Below are positions 22,908-38,200 of a stretch of 64,000 nucleotides of DNA, one piece after another. The translations under genes and the position numbers were made by a program. Source of the stretch: Antedon mediterranea (taxonomy: Eukaryota; Animalia; Echinodermata); assembly GCF_964355755.1 (NCBI RefSeq), contig NC_092671.1, positions 21,779,317 through 21,843,316 of the forward strand. The letters are read 5' to 3'. Each line of letters starts with the position of its first letter. The first letter of the stretch is position 1. The notes beneath the pieces were generated by a model that saw only the letters and a list, made by a program, of their open reading frames with translations, did no database searches and had not been told where the DNA came from.

Positions 22908-23260
22908 TGGCCGAGCGGTTAAGGCAGGGGCGCCGTTTATCGTACCTAAAGAGCCAACAACAACATCGGCAAGGGTTCGAGGCCGACTCGCTCCTAGTTC
23001 TGGTGGTGGAACAAGTCTTCTCGGATAAGGACTATAAACCGTAGGTCCAGTGTACACAGTTATAACATGTGTGTACTTTAAAGAACCCAGTTCATTATTC
23101 GAAAAAGAGTAGGGGGTTACCCCGGTGAACTGGTTCACACAATAGCCTCTGTATCAGGGGGATTACCACCTATCTGATAGGACAGTGATTAATTCACTAT
23201 TGGTAATCCTTGGCCACAGTGCCTAAAGACATAAAATAAAATAAAAATAAATAAATAAAT
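22908..23260 (+). mobile_element. tRNA-derived SINE with Deu/Nin-like central domain, copy 1 (haplotype A)
   Basis: A-box TGGCCGAGCGG (22908-22918) and B-box GGTTCGAGGCC (22974-22984). The central CGGATAAGGACTATAAACCGTAGGTCC...AAAGAGTAGGGGGTTACCCCGGTG resembles the Deu/Nin domain as recalled. (TAAA)n tail and probable AATA TSD (22904-22907 / 23261-23264). Confidence 0.88.
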
Positions 23261-26200
23261 AATAGCTTCAAATCGCATTTGGAGACGTTTTAGACCATTT
23301 TGTAATTTTCAAAAAAACTTGTTAACATAAAAACACCAAAGTTCTTAGAATAGCTTCAAATCGCATTTGGAGACGTTTTAGACCATTTTGTGCATTTCGA
23401 TGAAACTTGGTTACACAAAAACATCAAAGTGCTTAAAATCACATTATAAACCGTTTTAGACCATTTGAGCATTTCGATAACACTTTTCACACAAAAACAT
23501 CAAAGTTCACAATATAGCTTAATATCCTATTTAAAAACGTTTTAGACCATTTTGAGCATTTCGACAAAACTTTTTCACACAAAACACCAAAGTGCTTAGA
23601 ATACCTTCAAATCGCATTTGGAGACGTTTTAGACAATTTTGTGATTTTCGAAAAAACTTGTTAACATAAAAACATCAAAGTTTACAGAATAGCTTCAAAT
23701 CGCATTTGGAGACGTTTTAGACAATTTTGTGATTTTCGAAAAAACTTGTTAACATAAAAACACCAAAGTGCTTAGAATAGCTTCAAATCGCATTGGGAGA
23801 CGTTTTAGACCATTTTGTGATTTTCGAAAAAACTTGTTAACATAAAAACACCAAAGTGCTTAGAATAGCTTCAAATCGCATTTGGAGACGTTTTAGACCA
23901 TTTTGTGATTTTCGAAAAAACTTGTTAACATAAAAACACCAAAGTTCTTAAAATAGCTTCAAATCGCATTTGGAGACGTTTTAGACCATTTTGTGATTTT
24001 CGAAAAAACTTGTTAACATAAAAACACCAAAGTGTTTAGAAAAGCTTCAAATCGCATTTGGAGACGTTTTAGACCATTTTGGGATTTTTGAAAAAACTTG
24101 TTAACATAAAAACACCAAAGTGCTTAGAATAGCTTCAAATCGCATTTGGAGACGTTTTAGACCATTTTGTAATTTTCAAAAAAACTTGTTAACATAAAAA
24201 CACCAAAGTTCTTAGAATAGCTTCAAATCGCATTTGGAGACGTTTTAGACCATTTTGTGCATTTCGATGAAACTTGGTTACACAAAAACATCAAAGTGCT
24301 TAAAATCACGTTATAAACCGTTTTAGACCATTTGAGCATTTCGATAACACTTTTCACACAAAAACATCAAAGGGCACAATATAGCTTAATATCCTATTTA
24401 AAAACGTTTTAGACCATTTTGAGCATTTCGACAAAACTTTTTCACACAAAACACCAAAGTGCTTAGAATACCTTAAAATCGCATTTGGAGACGTTTTAGA
24501 CAATTTTGTGATTTTCGAAAAAACTTGTTAACATAAAAACATCAAAGTTTACAGAATAGCTTCAAATCGCTTTTGGAGACGTTTTAGACAATTTTGTGAT
24601 TTTCGAAAAAACTTGTTAACATAAAAACACCAAAGTGCTTAGAATAGCTTAAAATCGCATTTGGAGACGTTTTAGACAATTTTGTGATTTTCGAAAAACT
24701 TGTTAACATAAAAACATCAAAGTTTACAGAATAGCTTCAAATCGCTTTTGGAGACGTTTTAGACAATTTTGTGATTTTCGAAAAAACTTGTTAACATAAA
24801 AACACCAAAGTGCTTAGAATAGCTTCAAATCGCATTGGGAGACGTTTTAGACCATTTTGTGATTTTCGAAAAAACTTGTTAACATAAAAACATCAAAGTG
24901 TACAGAATAGCTTCAAATCGCATTTGGAGACGTTTTAGACCATTTTGTGATTTTCGAAAAAACTTGTTAACATAAAAACACCAAAGTGCTTAGAATAGCT
25001 TCAAATCGCATTTGGAGACGTTTTAAACCATTTTGTGATTTTCGAAAAAACTTGTTAACATAAAAACACCAAAATGTTTAGAATAGCTTCAAATCGCATT
25101 TGGAGACGTTTTAGACCATTTTGTGATTTTCGAAAAAACTTGTTAACACAAAAACACCAAAGTGATTAGAATAGCTTCAAATCGCATTTGGAGACGTTTT
25201 AGACCATTTTGTGATTTTCGAAAAAACTTGGTTACGCAAAAACATCAAAGTGCTTAAAATCACATTATAAACCGTTTTAGACCATTTTGAGCATATCGAT
25301 AACACTTTTCACACAAAAACATCAAAGAGCACAATATAGCTTAATATCTTATTTAAAAACGTTTTAGACCATTTTGAGCATTTCGACAAAACTTTTTCAC
25401 ACAAAACACCAAAGTGCTTAGAATAGCTTCAAATCGCATTTGGAGACGTTTTAGACCATTTTGTGATTTTCGAAAAAACTTTTTCACACAAAACACCAAA
25501 GTGCTTAGAATACCTTCAAATCGCATTTGGAGACGTTTTAGACCATTTTGTGATTTTCGAAAAAACTTGTTAACATAAAAACATCAAAGTGTACAGAATA
25601 GCTTCAAATCGCATTTGGAGACGTTTTAGACCATTTTGTGATTTTCGAAAAAACTTGTTAACATAAAAACACCAAAGTGCTTAGAATAGCTTCAAATCGC
25701 ATTTGGAGACGTTTTAAACCATTTTGTGATTTTCGAAAAAACTTGTTAACATAAAAACACCAAAATGTTTAGAATAGCTTCAAATCGCATTTGGAGACGT
25801 TTTAGACCATTTTGTGATTTTCGAAAAAACTTGTTAACACAAAAACACCAAAGTGCTTAGAATAGCTTCAAATCGCATTTGGAGACGTTTTAGACCATTT
25901 TGTGATTTTCGAAAAAACTTGTTAACATTAAAACACCAAAATGTTTAGAATAGCTTCAAATCGCATTTGGAGACGTTTTAGACCATTTTGTGATTTTCGA
26001 AAAAACTTGTTAACACAAAAACACCAAAGTGATTAGAATAGCTTCAAATCGCATTTGGAGACGTTTTAGACCATTTTGTGCATTTAGATGAAACTTGGTT
26101 ACGGAAAAACATCAAAGTGCTTAAAATCACATTATAAACCGTTTTAGACCATTTTGAGCATATCGATAACACTTTTCACACAAAAACATCAAAGAGCACA

Positions 26201-29200
26201 ATATAGCTTAATATCGTATTTAAAAACGTTTTAGACCATTTTGAGCATTTCGACAAAACTTTTTCACACAAAACACCAAAGTGCTTAGAATAGCTTCAAA
26301 TCGCATTTGGAGACGTTTTAGACCATTTTGTGATTTTCGAAAAAACTTGTTAACATAAAAACATCAAAGGGCTAAGAATAGCTTCAAATCGCATTTGGAG
26401 ACATTTTAGACCAATTAGTGATTTTCGAAAAAACTTGGTTACACAAAAACATCAAAGTGGTTAAAATCACATTATAAACCGTTTTAGACCATTTTGAGCA
26501 TTTCGATAACACTTTTTACACAAAAACATCAAAGTGCTTAGAATAGCTTCAAATCGCATTTGGAGACGTTTTAGACCATTTTGTGATTTTCGAAAAAAAC
26601 TTTTTAACATAAAAACACCAAACTGCTAAGAATAGCTTCAAATCGCATATGGAGACAATTTAGACCATTTTGTGATTTTCGAAAAAACTTGTTAACATAA
26701 AAACACCAAAGTGCTTAGAATAGCTTCAAATCGCATTTGGAGACGTTTTAGACCATTTTGTGATTTTCGAAAAAACTTGTTAACATAAAAACATCAAAGT
26801 GTACAGAATAGCTTCAAATCGCATTTGGAGACGTTTTAGACCATTTTGTGATTTTCGAAAAAACTTGTTAACATAAAAACACCAAAGTGCTTAGAATAGC
26901 TTCAAATCGCATTAGGAGACGTTTTAGACCATTTTGTGATTTTCGAAAAAACTTGTTAACATAAAAACACCAAAGTGCTTAGAATAGCTTCAAATCGCAT
27001 TTGGAGACGTTTTAGACCATTTTGTGATTTTCGAAAAAACTTGTTAACATAAAAACACCAAAATGTTTAGAATAGCTTCAAATCACATTTGGAGACGTTT
27101 TAGACCATTTTGTGATTTTCGAAAAAACTTGTTAACACAAAAACACCAAAGTGATTAGAATAGCTTCAAATCGCATTTGGAGACGTTTTAGACCAATTTG
27201 TGCATTTCGATGAAACTTGGTTACGCAAAAACATCAAAGTGCTTAAAATCACATTATAAACCGTTTTAGACCATTTTGAGCATATCGATAACACTTTTCA
27301 CACAAAAACATCAAAGAGCACAATATAGCTTAATATCTTATTTAAAAACGTTTTAGACCATTTTGAGCATTTCGACAAAACTTTTTCACACAAAACACCA
27401 AAGTGCTTAGAATAGCTTCAAATCGCATTTGGAGACGTTTTAGACCATTTTGTGATTTTCGAAAAAACTTGTTAACATAAAAACATCAAAGTGCTAAGAA
27501 TAGCTTCAAATCGCATTTGGAGACATTTTAGACCAATTAGTGATTTTCGAAAAAACTTGGTTACACAAAAACATCAAAGTGGTTAAAATCACATTATAAA
27601 CCGTTTTAGACCATTTTGAGCATTTCGATAACACTTTTCACACAAAAACATCAAAGTGCTTAGAATAGCTTCAAATCGCATTTGGAGACGTTTTAGACCA
27701 TTTTGTGATTTTCGAAAAAAACTTTTTAACATAAAAACACCAAACTGCTAAGAATAGCTTCAAATCGCATATGGAGACAATTTAGACCATTTTGTGATTT
27801 TCGAAAAAACTTGTTAACATAAAAACACCAAAGTGCTTAGAATACCTTCAAATCGCATTTGGAGACATTTTAGACCATTTTGTGATTTTCGAAAAAACTT
27901 GTTAACATAAAAACATCAAAGTGCTAAGAATAGCTTCCAATCGCATTTGGAGACGTTTTAGACCATTTTGTGATTTTCGAAAACAACTTGTTAACATAAA
28001 AACACCAAAGTGCTTAGAATAGCTTCAAATCGCATTTGGAGACGTTTTAGACCAATTTGTGATTTTCGAAAAAACTTGGTTACACAAAAACATCAAAGTG
28101 GATAAAATCACATTATAACCCGTTTTAGACCATTTTGAGCATATCGATAACACTTTTCACACAAAAACATCAAAGACCACAATATAGCTTAATATCGTAT
28201 TTAAAAACGTTTTAGACCATTTTGAGCATTTCGACAAAACTTTTTCACACAAAACACCAAAGTGCTTAGAATAGCTTCAAATCGCATTTGGAGACGTTTT
28301 AGACCATTTTGTGATTTTCGAAAAAACTTGTTAACATAAAAACATCAAAGTGCTAAGAATAGCTTCAAATCGAATTTGGAGACATTTTAGACCAATTAGT
28401 GATTTTCGAAAAAACTTGGTTACACAAAAACATCAAAGTGGTTAAAATCACATTATAAACCGTTTTAGACCATTTTGAGCATTTCGATAACACTTTTCAC
28501 ACAAAAACATCAAAGTGCTTAGAATAGCTTCAAATCGCATTTGGAGACGTTTTAGACCATTTTGTGATTTTCGAAAAAAACTTTTTAACATAAAAACACC
28601 AAACTGCTAAGAATAGCTTCAAATCGCATATGGAGACAATTTAGACCATTTTGTGATTTTCGAAAAAACTTGTTAACATAAAAACACCAAAGTGCTTAGA
28701 ATACCTTCAAATCGCATTTGGAGACATTTTAGACCATTTTGTGATTTTCGAAAAAACTTGTTAACATAAAAACATCAAAGTGCTAAGAATAGCTTCCAAT
28801 CGCATTTGGAGACGTTTTAGACCATTTTGTGATTTTCGAAAACAACTTGTTAACATAAAAACACCAAAGTGCTTAGAATAGCTTCAAATCGCATTTGGAG
28901 ACGTTTTAGACCAATTTGTGATTTTCGAAAAAACTTGGTTACACAAAAACATCAAAGTGGATAAAATCACATTATAAACCATTTTAGACCATTTTGAGCA
29001 TTTCGATAACACATTTCACACAAAAACATCAAAGAGCACAAAATAGCTTAATATCGTATTTAAAAACGTTTTAAACCATTTTGAGCATTTCGACAAAACT
29101 TTTTCACACAAAACACCAAAGTGTACAGAATAGCTTCAAATCGCATTTGGAGACGTTTTAGACCATTTTGTGATTTTCGAAAAAACTTGTTAATATAAAA

Positions 29201-32200
29201 ACACCAAAGTACTTAGAATAGCTTCAAATCGCATTTGGAGACGTTGTAGACCATTTTGTGATTTTCGAAAAAACTTGTTAACATAAAAACACCAAAGTTT
29301 ACAGAATAGCTTCAAATCGCATTTGGAGACGTTTTAGACAATTTTGTGCATTTCGATGAAACTTGGTTACACAAAAACATCAAAGTGCTTAAAATCACAT
29401 TATAAACCGTTTTAGACCATTTGAGCATTTCCATAACACTTTTCACACAAAAACATCAAAGGGCACAATATAGCTTAATATCCTATTTAAAAACGTTTTA
29501 GACCATTTTGAGCATTTCGACAAAACTTTTTCACACAAAACACCAAAGTGCTTAGAATACCTTCAAATCGCATTTGGAGACGTTTTAGACCATTTTGTGA
29601 TTTTCGAAAAAACTTGTTAACATAAAAACACCAAAGTGCTAAGAATAGCTTCAAATCGCATTTGGAGACATTTTAGACCAATTTGTGATTTTCGAAAAAA
29701 CTTGTTAACATAAAAACACCAAAGTGCTTAGAATAGCTTCAAATCGCATTGGGAGACGTTTTAGACCATTTTGTGATTTTCGAAAAAAACTTGTTAACAT
29801 AAAAACATCAAAGTGTACAGAATAGCTTCAAATCGCATTTGGAGACGTTTTAGACCATTTTGTGATTTTCGAAAAAACTTGTTAACATAAAAACACCAAA
29901 GTGCTTAGAATAGCTTCAAATCGCATTTGGAGACGTTTTAAACCATTTTGTGATTTTCGAAAAAACTTGTTAACATAAAAACACCAAAATGTTTAGAATA
30001 GCTTCAAATCGCATTTGGAGACGTTTTAGACCATTTTGTGATTTTCGAAAAAACTTGTTAACACAAAAACACCAAAGTGATTAGAATAGCTTCAAATCGC
30101 ATTTGGAGACGTTTTAGACCATTTTGTGATTTTCGAAAAAACTTGTTAACATAAAAACACCAAAGTGATTAGAATAGCTTCAAATCGCATTTGGAGACGT
30201 TTTAGACCATTTTGTGCATTTCTATGAAACTTGGTTACGCAAAAACATCAAAGTGCTTAAAATCACATTATAAACCGTTTTAGACCATTTTGAGCATATC
30301 GATAACACTTTTTACACAAAACACCAAAGTACTTAGAATAGCTTCAAATCGCATTTGGAGACGTTTTAGACCATTTTGTGATTTTCGACAAAACTTTTTC
30401 ACACAAAACACCAAAGTGCTTAGAATACCTTCAAATCGCATTTGGAGACGTTTTAGACCATTTTGTGATTTTCGAAAAAACTTGTTAACATAAAAACATC
30501 AAAGTGTACAGAATAGCTTCAAATCGCATTTGGAGACGTTTTAGACCATTTTGTGATTTTCGAAAAAACTTGTTAACATAAAAACACCAAAGTGCTTAGA
30601 ATAGCTTCAAATCGCATTAGGAGACGTTTTAGACCATTTTGTGATTTTCGAAAAAACTTGTTAACATAAAAACACCAAAGTGCTTAGAATAGCTTCAAAT
30701 CGCATTTGGAGACGTTTTAGACCATTTTGTGATTTTCGAAAAAACTTGTTAACATAAAAACACCAAAGTTCTTAAAATAGCTTCAAATCGCATTTGGAGA
30801 CGTTTTAGACCATTTTGTGATTTTCGAAAAAACTTGTTAACATAAAAACACCAAAGTGTTTAGAAAAGCTTCAAATCGCATTTGGAGACGTTTTAGACCA
30901 TTTTGGGATTTTCGAAAAAACTTGTTAACATAAAAACACCAAAGTGCTTAGAATAGCTTCAAATCGCATTTGGAGACGTTTTAGACCATTTTGTAATTTT
31001 CAAAAAAACTTGTTAACATAAAAACACCAAAGTTCTTAGAATAGCTTCAAATCGCATTTGGAGACGTTTTAGACCATTTTGTGCATTTCGATGAAACTTG
31101 GTTACACAAAAACATCAAAGTGCTTAAAATCACATTATAAACCGTTTTAGACCATTTGAGCATTTCGATAACACTTTTCACACAAAAACATCAAAGGGCA
31201 CAATATAGCTTAATATCCTATTTAAAAACGTTTTAGACCATTTTGAGCATTTCGACAAAACTTTTTCACACAAAACACCAAAGTGCTTAGAATACCTTCA
31301 AATCGCATTTGGAGACGTTTTAGACAATTTTGTGATTTTCGAAAAAACTTGTTAACATAAAAACATCAAAGTTTACAGAATAGCTTCAAATCGCATTTGG
31401 AGACGTTTTAGACAATTTTGTGATTTTCGAAAAAACTTGTTAACATAAAAACACCAAAGTGCTTAGAATAGCTTCAAATCGCATTGGGAGACGTTTTAGA
31501 CCATTTTGTGATTTTCGAAAAAACTTGTTAACATAAAAACATCAAAGTGTACAGAATAGCTTCAAATCGCATTTGGAGACGTTTTAGACCATTTTGTGAT
31601 TTTCGAAAAAACTTGTTAACATAAAAACACCAAAGTGCTTAGAATAGCTTCAAATCGCATTTGGAGACGTTTTAAACCATTTTGTGATTTTCGAAAAAAC
31701 TTGTTAACATAAAAACACCAAAATGTTTAGAATAGCTTCAAATCGCATTTGGAGACGTTTTAGACCATTTTGTGATTTTCGAAAAAACTTGTTAACACAA
31801 AAACACCAAAGTGATTAGAATAGCTTCAAATCGCATTTGGAGACGTTTTAGAACATTTTGTGATTTTCGAAAAAACTTGTTAACATAAAAACACCAAAGT
31901 GATTAGAATAGCTTCAAATCGCATTTGGAGACGTTTTAGACCATTTTGTGCATTTCGATGAAACTTGGTTACGCAAAAACATCAAAGTGCTTAAAATCAC
32001 ATTATAAACCGTTTTAGACCATTTTGAGCATATCGATAACACTTTTTACACAAAACACCAAAGTGCTTAGAATAGCTTCAAATCGCATTTGGAGACGTTT
32101 TAGACCATTTTGTGATTTTCGACAAAACTTTTTCACACAAAACACCAAAGTGCTTAGAATACCTTCAAATCGCATTTGGAGACGTTTTAGACCATTTTGT

Positions 32201-32267
32201 GATTTTCGAAAAAACTTGTTAACATAAAAACATCAAAGTGTACAGAATAGCTTCAAATCGCATTTTG

Positions 32268-35200
32268 AGACGTTTTAGACCATTTTGTGATTTTCGAAAA
32301 AACTTGTTAACATAAAAACACCAAAGTGATTAGAATAGCTTCAAATCGCATTTGGAGACGTTTTAGACCATTTTGTGATTTTCGAAAAAACTTGTTAACA
32401 TAAAAACACCAAAGTGATTAGAATAGCTTCAAATCGCATTTGGAGACGTTTTAGACCATTTTGTGCATTTCGATGAAACTTGGTTACGCAAAAACATCAA
32501 TGTGCTTAAAATCACATTATAAACCGTTTTAGACCATTTTGAGCATATCCATAAAACTTTTTACACAAAACACCAAAGTGCTTAGAATAGCTTCAAATCG
32601 CATTTGGAGACGTTTTAGACCATTTTGTGATTTTCGACAAAACTTTTTCACACAAAACACCAAAGTGCTTAGAATACCTTCAAATCGCATTTGGAGACGT
32701 TTTAGACCATTTTGTGATTTTCGAAAAAACTTGTTAACATAAAAACATCAAAGTGTACAGAATAGCTTCAAATCGCATTTGGAGACGTTTTAGACCATTT
32801 TGTGATTTTCGAAAAAACTTGTTAACATAAAAACACCAAAGTGCTTAGAATAGCTTCAAATCGCATTAGGAGACGTTTTAGACCATTTTGTGATTTTCGA
32901 AAAAACTTGTTAACATAAAAACACCAAAGTGCTTAGAATAGCTTCAAATCGCATTTGGAGACGTTTTAGACCATTTTGTGATTTTCGAAAAAACTTGTTA
33001 ACATAAAAACACCAAAATGTTTAGAATAGCTTCAAATCGCATTTGGAGACGTTTTAGACCATTTTGTGATTTTCGAAAAAACTTGTTAACACAAAAACAC
33101 CAAAGTGATTAGAATAGCTTCAAATCGCATTTGGAGACGTTTTAGACCATTTTGTGCATTTCGATGAAACTTGGTTACGCAAAAACATCAAAGTGCTTAA
33201 AATCACATTATAAACCGTTTTAGACCATTTTGAGCATATCGATAACACTTTTCACACAAAAACATCAAAGAGCACAATATAGCTTAATATCGTATTTAAA
33301 AACGTTTTAGACCATTTTGAGCATTTCGACAAAACTTTTTCACACAAAACACCAAAGTGCTTAGAATAGCTTCAAATCGCATTTGGAGACGTTTTAGACC
33401 ATTTTGTGATTTTCGAAAAAACTTGTTAACATAAAAACATCAAAGTGCTAAGAATAGTTTCAAATCGAATTTGGAGACATTTTAGACCAATTAGTGATTT
33501 TCGAAAAAACTTGGTTACACAAAAACATCAAAGTGGTTAAAATCACATTATAAACCGTTTTAGACCATTTTGAGCATTTCGATAACACTTTTCACACAAA
33601 AACATCAAAGTGCTTAGAATAGCTTCAAATCGCATTTGGAGACGTTTTAGACCATTTTGTGATTTTCGAAAAAAACTTTTTAACATAAAAACACCAAACT
33701 GCTAAGAATAGCTTCAAATCGCATATGGAGACAATTTAGACCATTTTGTGATTTTCGAAAAAACTTGTTAACATAAAAACACCAAAGTGCTTAGAATACC
33801 TTCAAATCGCATTTGGAGACATTTTAGACCATTTTGTGATTTTCGAAAAAACTTGTTAACATAAAAACATCAAAGTGCTAAGAATAGCTTCCAATCGCAT
33901 TTGTAGACGTTTTAGACCATTTTGTGATTTTCGAAAACAACTTGTTAACATAAAAACACCAAAGTGCTTAGAATAGCATCAAATCGCATTTGGAGACGTT
34001 TTAGACCATTTTGTGATTTTCGAAAAAACTTGTTAACATAAAAACATCAAAGTGCTAAGAATAGCTTCAAATCGAATTTGGAGACATTTTAGACCAATTA
34101 GTGATTTTCGAAAAAACTTGGTTACACAAAAACATCAAAGTGGTTAAAATCACATTATAAACCGTTTTAGACCATTTTGAGCATTTCGATAACACTTTTC
34201 ACACAAAAACATCAAAGTGCTTAGAATAGCTTCAAATCGCATTTGGAGACGTTTTAGACCATTTTGTGATTTTCGAAAAAAACTTTTTAACATAAAAACA
34301 CCAAACTGCTAAGAATAGCTTCAAATCGCATATGGAGACAATTTAGACCATTTTGTGATTTTCGAAAAAACTTGTTAACATAAAAACACCAAAGTGCTTA
34401 GAATACCTTCAAATCGCATTTGGAGACATTTTAGACCATTTTGTGATTTTCGAAAAAACTTGTTAACATAAAAACATCAAAGTGCTAAGAATAGCTTCCA
34501 ATCGCATTTGGAGACGTTTTAGACCATTTTGTGATTTTCGAAAAAACTTGTTAACATAAAAACACCAAAGTGATTAGAATAGCTTCAAATCGCATTTGGA
34601 GACGTTTTAGACCATTTTGTGCATTTCGATGAAACTTGGTTACGCAAAAACATCAAAGTGCTTAAAATCACATTATAAACCGTTTTAGACCATTTTGAGC
34701 ATATCGATAACACTTTTTACACAAAACACCAAAGTGCTTAGAATAGCTTCAAATCGCATTTGGAGACGTTTTAGACCATTTTGTGATTTTCGACAAAACT
34801 TTTTCACACAAAACACCAAAGTGCTTAGAATACCTTCAAATCGCATTTGGAGACGTTTTAGACCATTTTGTGATTTTCGAAAAAACTTGTTAACATAAAA
34901 ACATCAAAGTGTACAGAATAGCTTCAAATCGCATTTGGAGACGTTTTAGACCATTTTGTGATTTTCGAAAAAACTTGTTAACATAAAAACACCAAAGTGC
35001 TTAGAATAGCTTCAAATCGCATTAGGAGACGTTTTAGACCATTTTGTGATTTTCGAAAAAACTTGTTAACATAAAAACACCAAAGTGCTTAGAATAGCTT
35101 CAAATCGCATTAGGAGACGTTTTAGACCATTTTGTGATTTTCGAAAAAACTTGTTAACATAAAAACACCAAAGTGCTTAGAATAGCTTCAAATCGCATTT

Positions 35201-38200
35201 GGAGACGTTTTAGACCATTTTGTGATTTTCGAAAAAACTTGTTAACATAAAAAAAACAAAGTTCTTAAAATAGCTTCAAATCGCATTTGGAGACGTTTTA
35301 GACCATTTTGTGATTTTCGAAAAAACCTGTTAACATAAAAACACCAAAGTGTTTAGAAAAGCTTCAAATCGCATTTGGAGACGTTTTAGACCATTTTGGG
35401 ATTTTCGAAAAAAACTTGTTAACATAAAAACACCAAAGTGCTTAGAATATGGCCGAGCGGTTAAGGCAGGGGCGCCGTTTATCGTACCTAAAGAGCCAAC
35501 AACAACATCGGCAAGGGTTCGAGGCCGACTCGCTCCTAGTTCTGGTGGTGGAACAAGTCTTCTCGGATAAGGACTATAAACCGTAGGTCCAGTGTACACA
35601 GTTATAACATGTGTGTACTTTAAAGAACCCAGTTCATTATTCGAAAAAGAGTAGGGGGTTACCCCGGTGAACTGGTTCACACAATAGCCTCTGTATCAGG
35701 GGGATTACCACCTATCTGATAGGACAGTGATTAATTCACTATTGGTAATCCTTGGCCACAGTGCCTAAAGTAATAAAATAAAATAAAAATAAATAAATAA
35801 ATAATAGCTTCAAATCGCATTTGGAGACGTTTTAGACCATTTTGTAATTTTCAAAAAAACTTGTTAACATAAAAACACCAAAGTTCTTAGAATAGCTTCA
35901 AATCGCATTTGGAGACGTTTTAGACCATTTTGTGCATTTCGATGAAACTTGGTTACACAAAAACATCAAAGTGCTTAAAATCACATTATAAACCGTTTTA
36001 GACCATTTGAGCATTTCGATAACACTTTTCACACAAAAACATCAAAGTTCACAATATAGCTTAATATCCTATTTAAAAACGTTTTAGACCATTTTGAGCA
36101 TTTCGACAAAACTTTTTCACACAAAACACCAAAGTGCTTAGAATACCTTCAAATCGCATTTGGAGACGTTTTAGACAATTTTGTGATTTTCGAAAAAACT
36201 TGTTAACATAAAAACATCAAAGTTTACAGAATAGCTTCAAATCGCATTTGGAGACGTTTTAGACAATTTTGTGATTTTCGAAAAAACTTGTTAACATAAA
36301 AACACCAAAGTGCTTAGAATAGCTTCAAATCGCATTGGGAGACGTTTTAGACCATTTTGTGATTTTCGAAAAAACTTGTTAACATAAAAACATCAAAGTG
36401 TACAGAATAGCTTCAAATTGCATTTGGAGACGTTTTAGACCATTTTGTGATTTTCGAAAAAACTTGTTAACATAAAAACACCAAAGTGCTTAGAATAGCT
36501 TCAAATCGCATTTGGAGACGTTTTAAACCATTTTGTGATTTTCGAAAAAACTTGTTAACATAAAAACACCAAAATGTTTAGAATAGCTTCAAATCGCATT
36601 TGGAGACGTTTTAGACCATTTTGTGATTTTCGAAAAAACTTGTTAACACAAAAACACCAAAGTGATTAGAATAGCTTCAAATCGCATTTGGAGACGTTTT
36701 AGACCATTTTGTGATTTTCGAAAAAACTTGTTAACATAAAAACACCAAAGTGATTAGAATAGCTTCAAATCGCATTTGGAGACGTTTTAGACCATTTTGT
36801 GCATTTCGATGAAACTTGGTTACGCAAAAACATCAAAGTAATAATCACATTATAAACAGTTTTAGACCATTTTGAGCATATCGATAAAACTTTTTACACA
36901 AAACACCAAAGTGCTTAGAATAGCTTCAAATCGCATTTGGAGACGTTTTAGACCATTTTGTGATTTTCGACAAAACTTTTTCACACAAAACACCAAAGTG
37001 CTTAGAATACCTTCAAATCGCATTTGGAGACGTTTTAGACCATTTTGTGATTTTCGAAAAAACTTGTTAACATAAAAACATCAAAGTGTACAGAATAGCT
37101 TCAAATCGCATTTGGAGACGTTTTAGACCATTTTGTGATTTTCGAAAAAACTTGTTAACATAAAAACACCAAAGTGCTTAGAATAGCTTCAAATCGCATT
37201 AGGAGACGTTTTAGACCATTTTGTTATTTTCGAAAAAACTTGTTAACATAAAAACACCAAAATGTTTAGAATAGCTTCAAATCGCATTTGTAGACGTTTT
37301 AGACCATTTTGTGATTTTCGAAAAAACTTGTTAACACAAAAACACCAAAGTGATTAGAATAGCTTCAAATCGCATTTGGAGACGTTTTAGACCATTTTGT
37401 GCATTTCGATGAAACTTGGTTACGCAAAAACATCAAAGTGCTTAAAATCACATTATAAACCGTTTTAGACCATTTTGAGCATATCGATAACACTTTTCAC
37501 ACAAAAACATCAAAGAGCACAATATAGCTTAATATCGTATTTAAAAACGTTTTAGACCATTTTGAGCAATTCGACAAAACTCTTTCACAAAAAACACCAA
37601 AGTGCTTAGAATAGCTTCAAATCGCATTTGGAGACGTTTTAGACCATTTTGTGATTTTCGAAAAAACTTGTTAACATAAAAACATCAAAGGGCTAAGAAT
37701 AGCTTCAAATCGCATTTGGAGACATTTTAGACCAATTAGTGATTTTCGAAAAAACTTGGTTACACAAAAACATCAAAGTGGTTAAAATCACATTATAAAC
37801 CGTTTTAGACCATTTTGAGCATTTCGATAACACTTTTCACACAAAAACATCAAAGTGCACAAAATAGCTTAATATCGTATTTGGAAACGTTTTAGAACAT
37901 TTTGTGATTTTCGAAAAAACTTGTTAACATAAAACACCAAAGTGTACAGAATAGCTTCAAATCGCATTTGGAGACATTTTAGACCAATTTGTGATTTTCG
38001 AAAAAACTTGTTAACATAAAAACACCAAAGTGCTTAGAATACCTTCAAATCGCATTTGGAGACGTTTAAGACCATTTTGTGATTTTCGAAAAAACTTGTT
38101 AACATAAAAAAACCAAAGTGCTTAGAATAGCTTCAAATCGCATTTGGAGACGTTTTAGACCAATTTGTGATTTTCGAAAAAACTTGGTTACACAAAAACA

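Noticed and set aside
16433-22925. Functional link between the tRNA-Leu PBS and the Leu/Ser-like SINE head
   Set aside because: The SINE has no sequence complementary to the PBS, and the proximity is adequately explained by independent insertions.
22908-22996. Functional tRNA gene
   Set aside because: The 5' acceptor strand is missing, there is no canonical anticodon arm, and the sequence continues into a SINE body and A-rich tail.
23160-23209. Hammerhead ribozyme in the SINE three-way junction
   Set aside because: CTGATAG is not the CUGANGA core, and no correctly placed GAAA is present.
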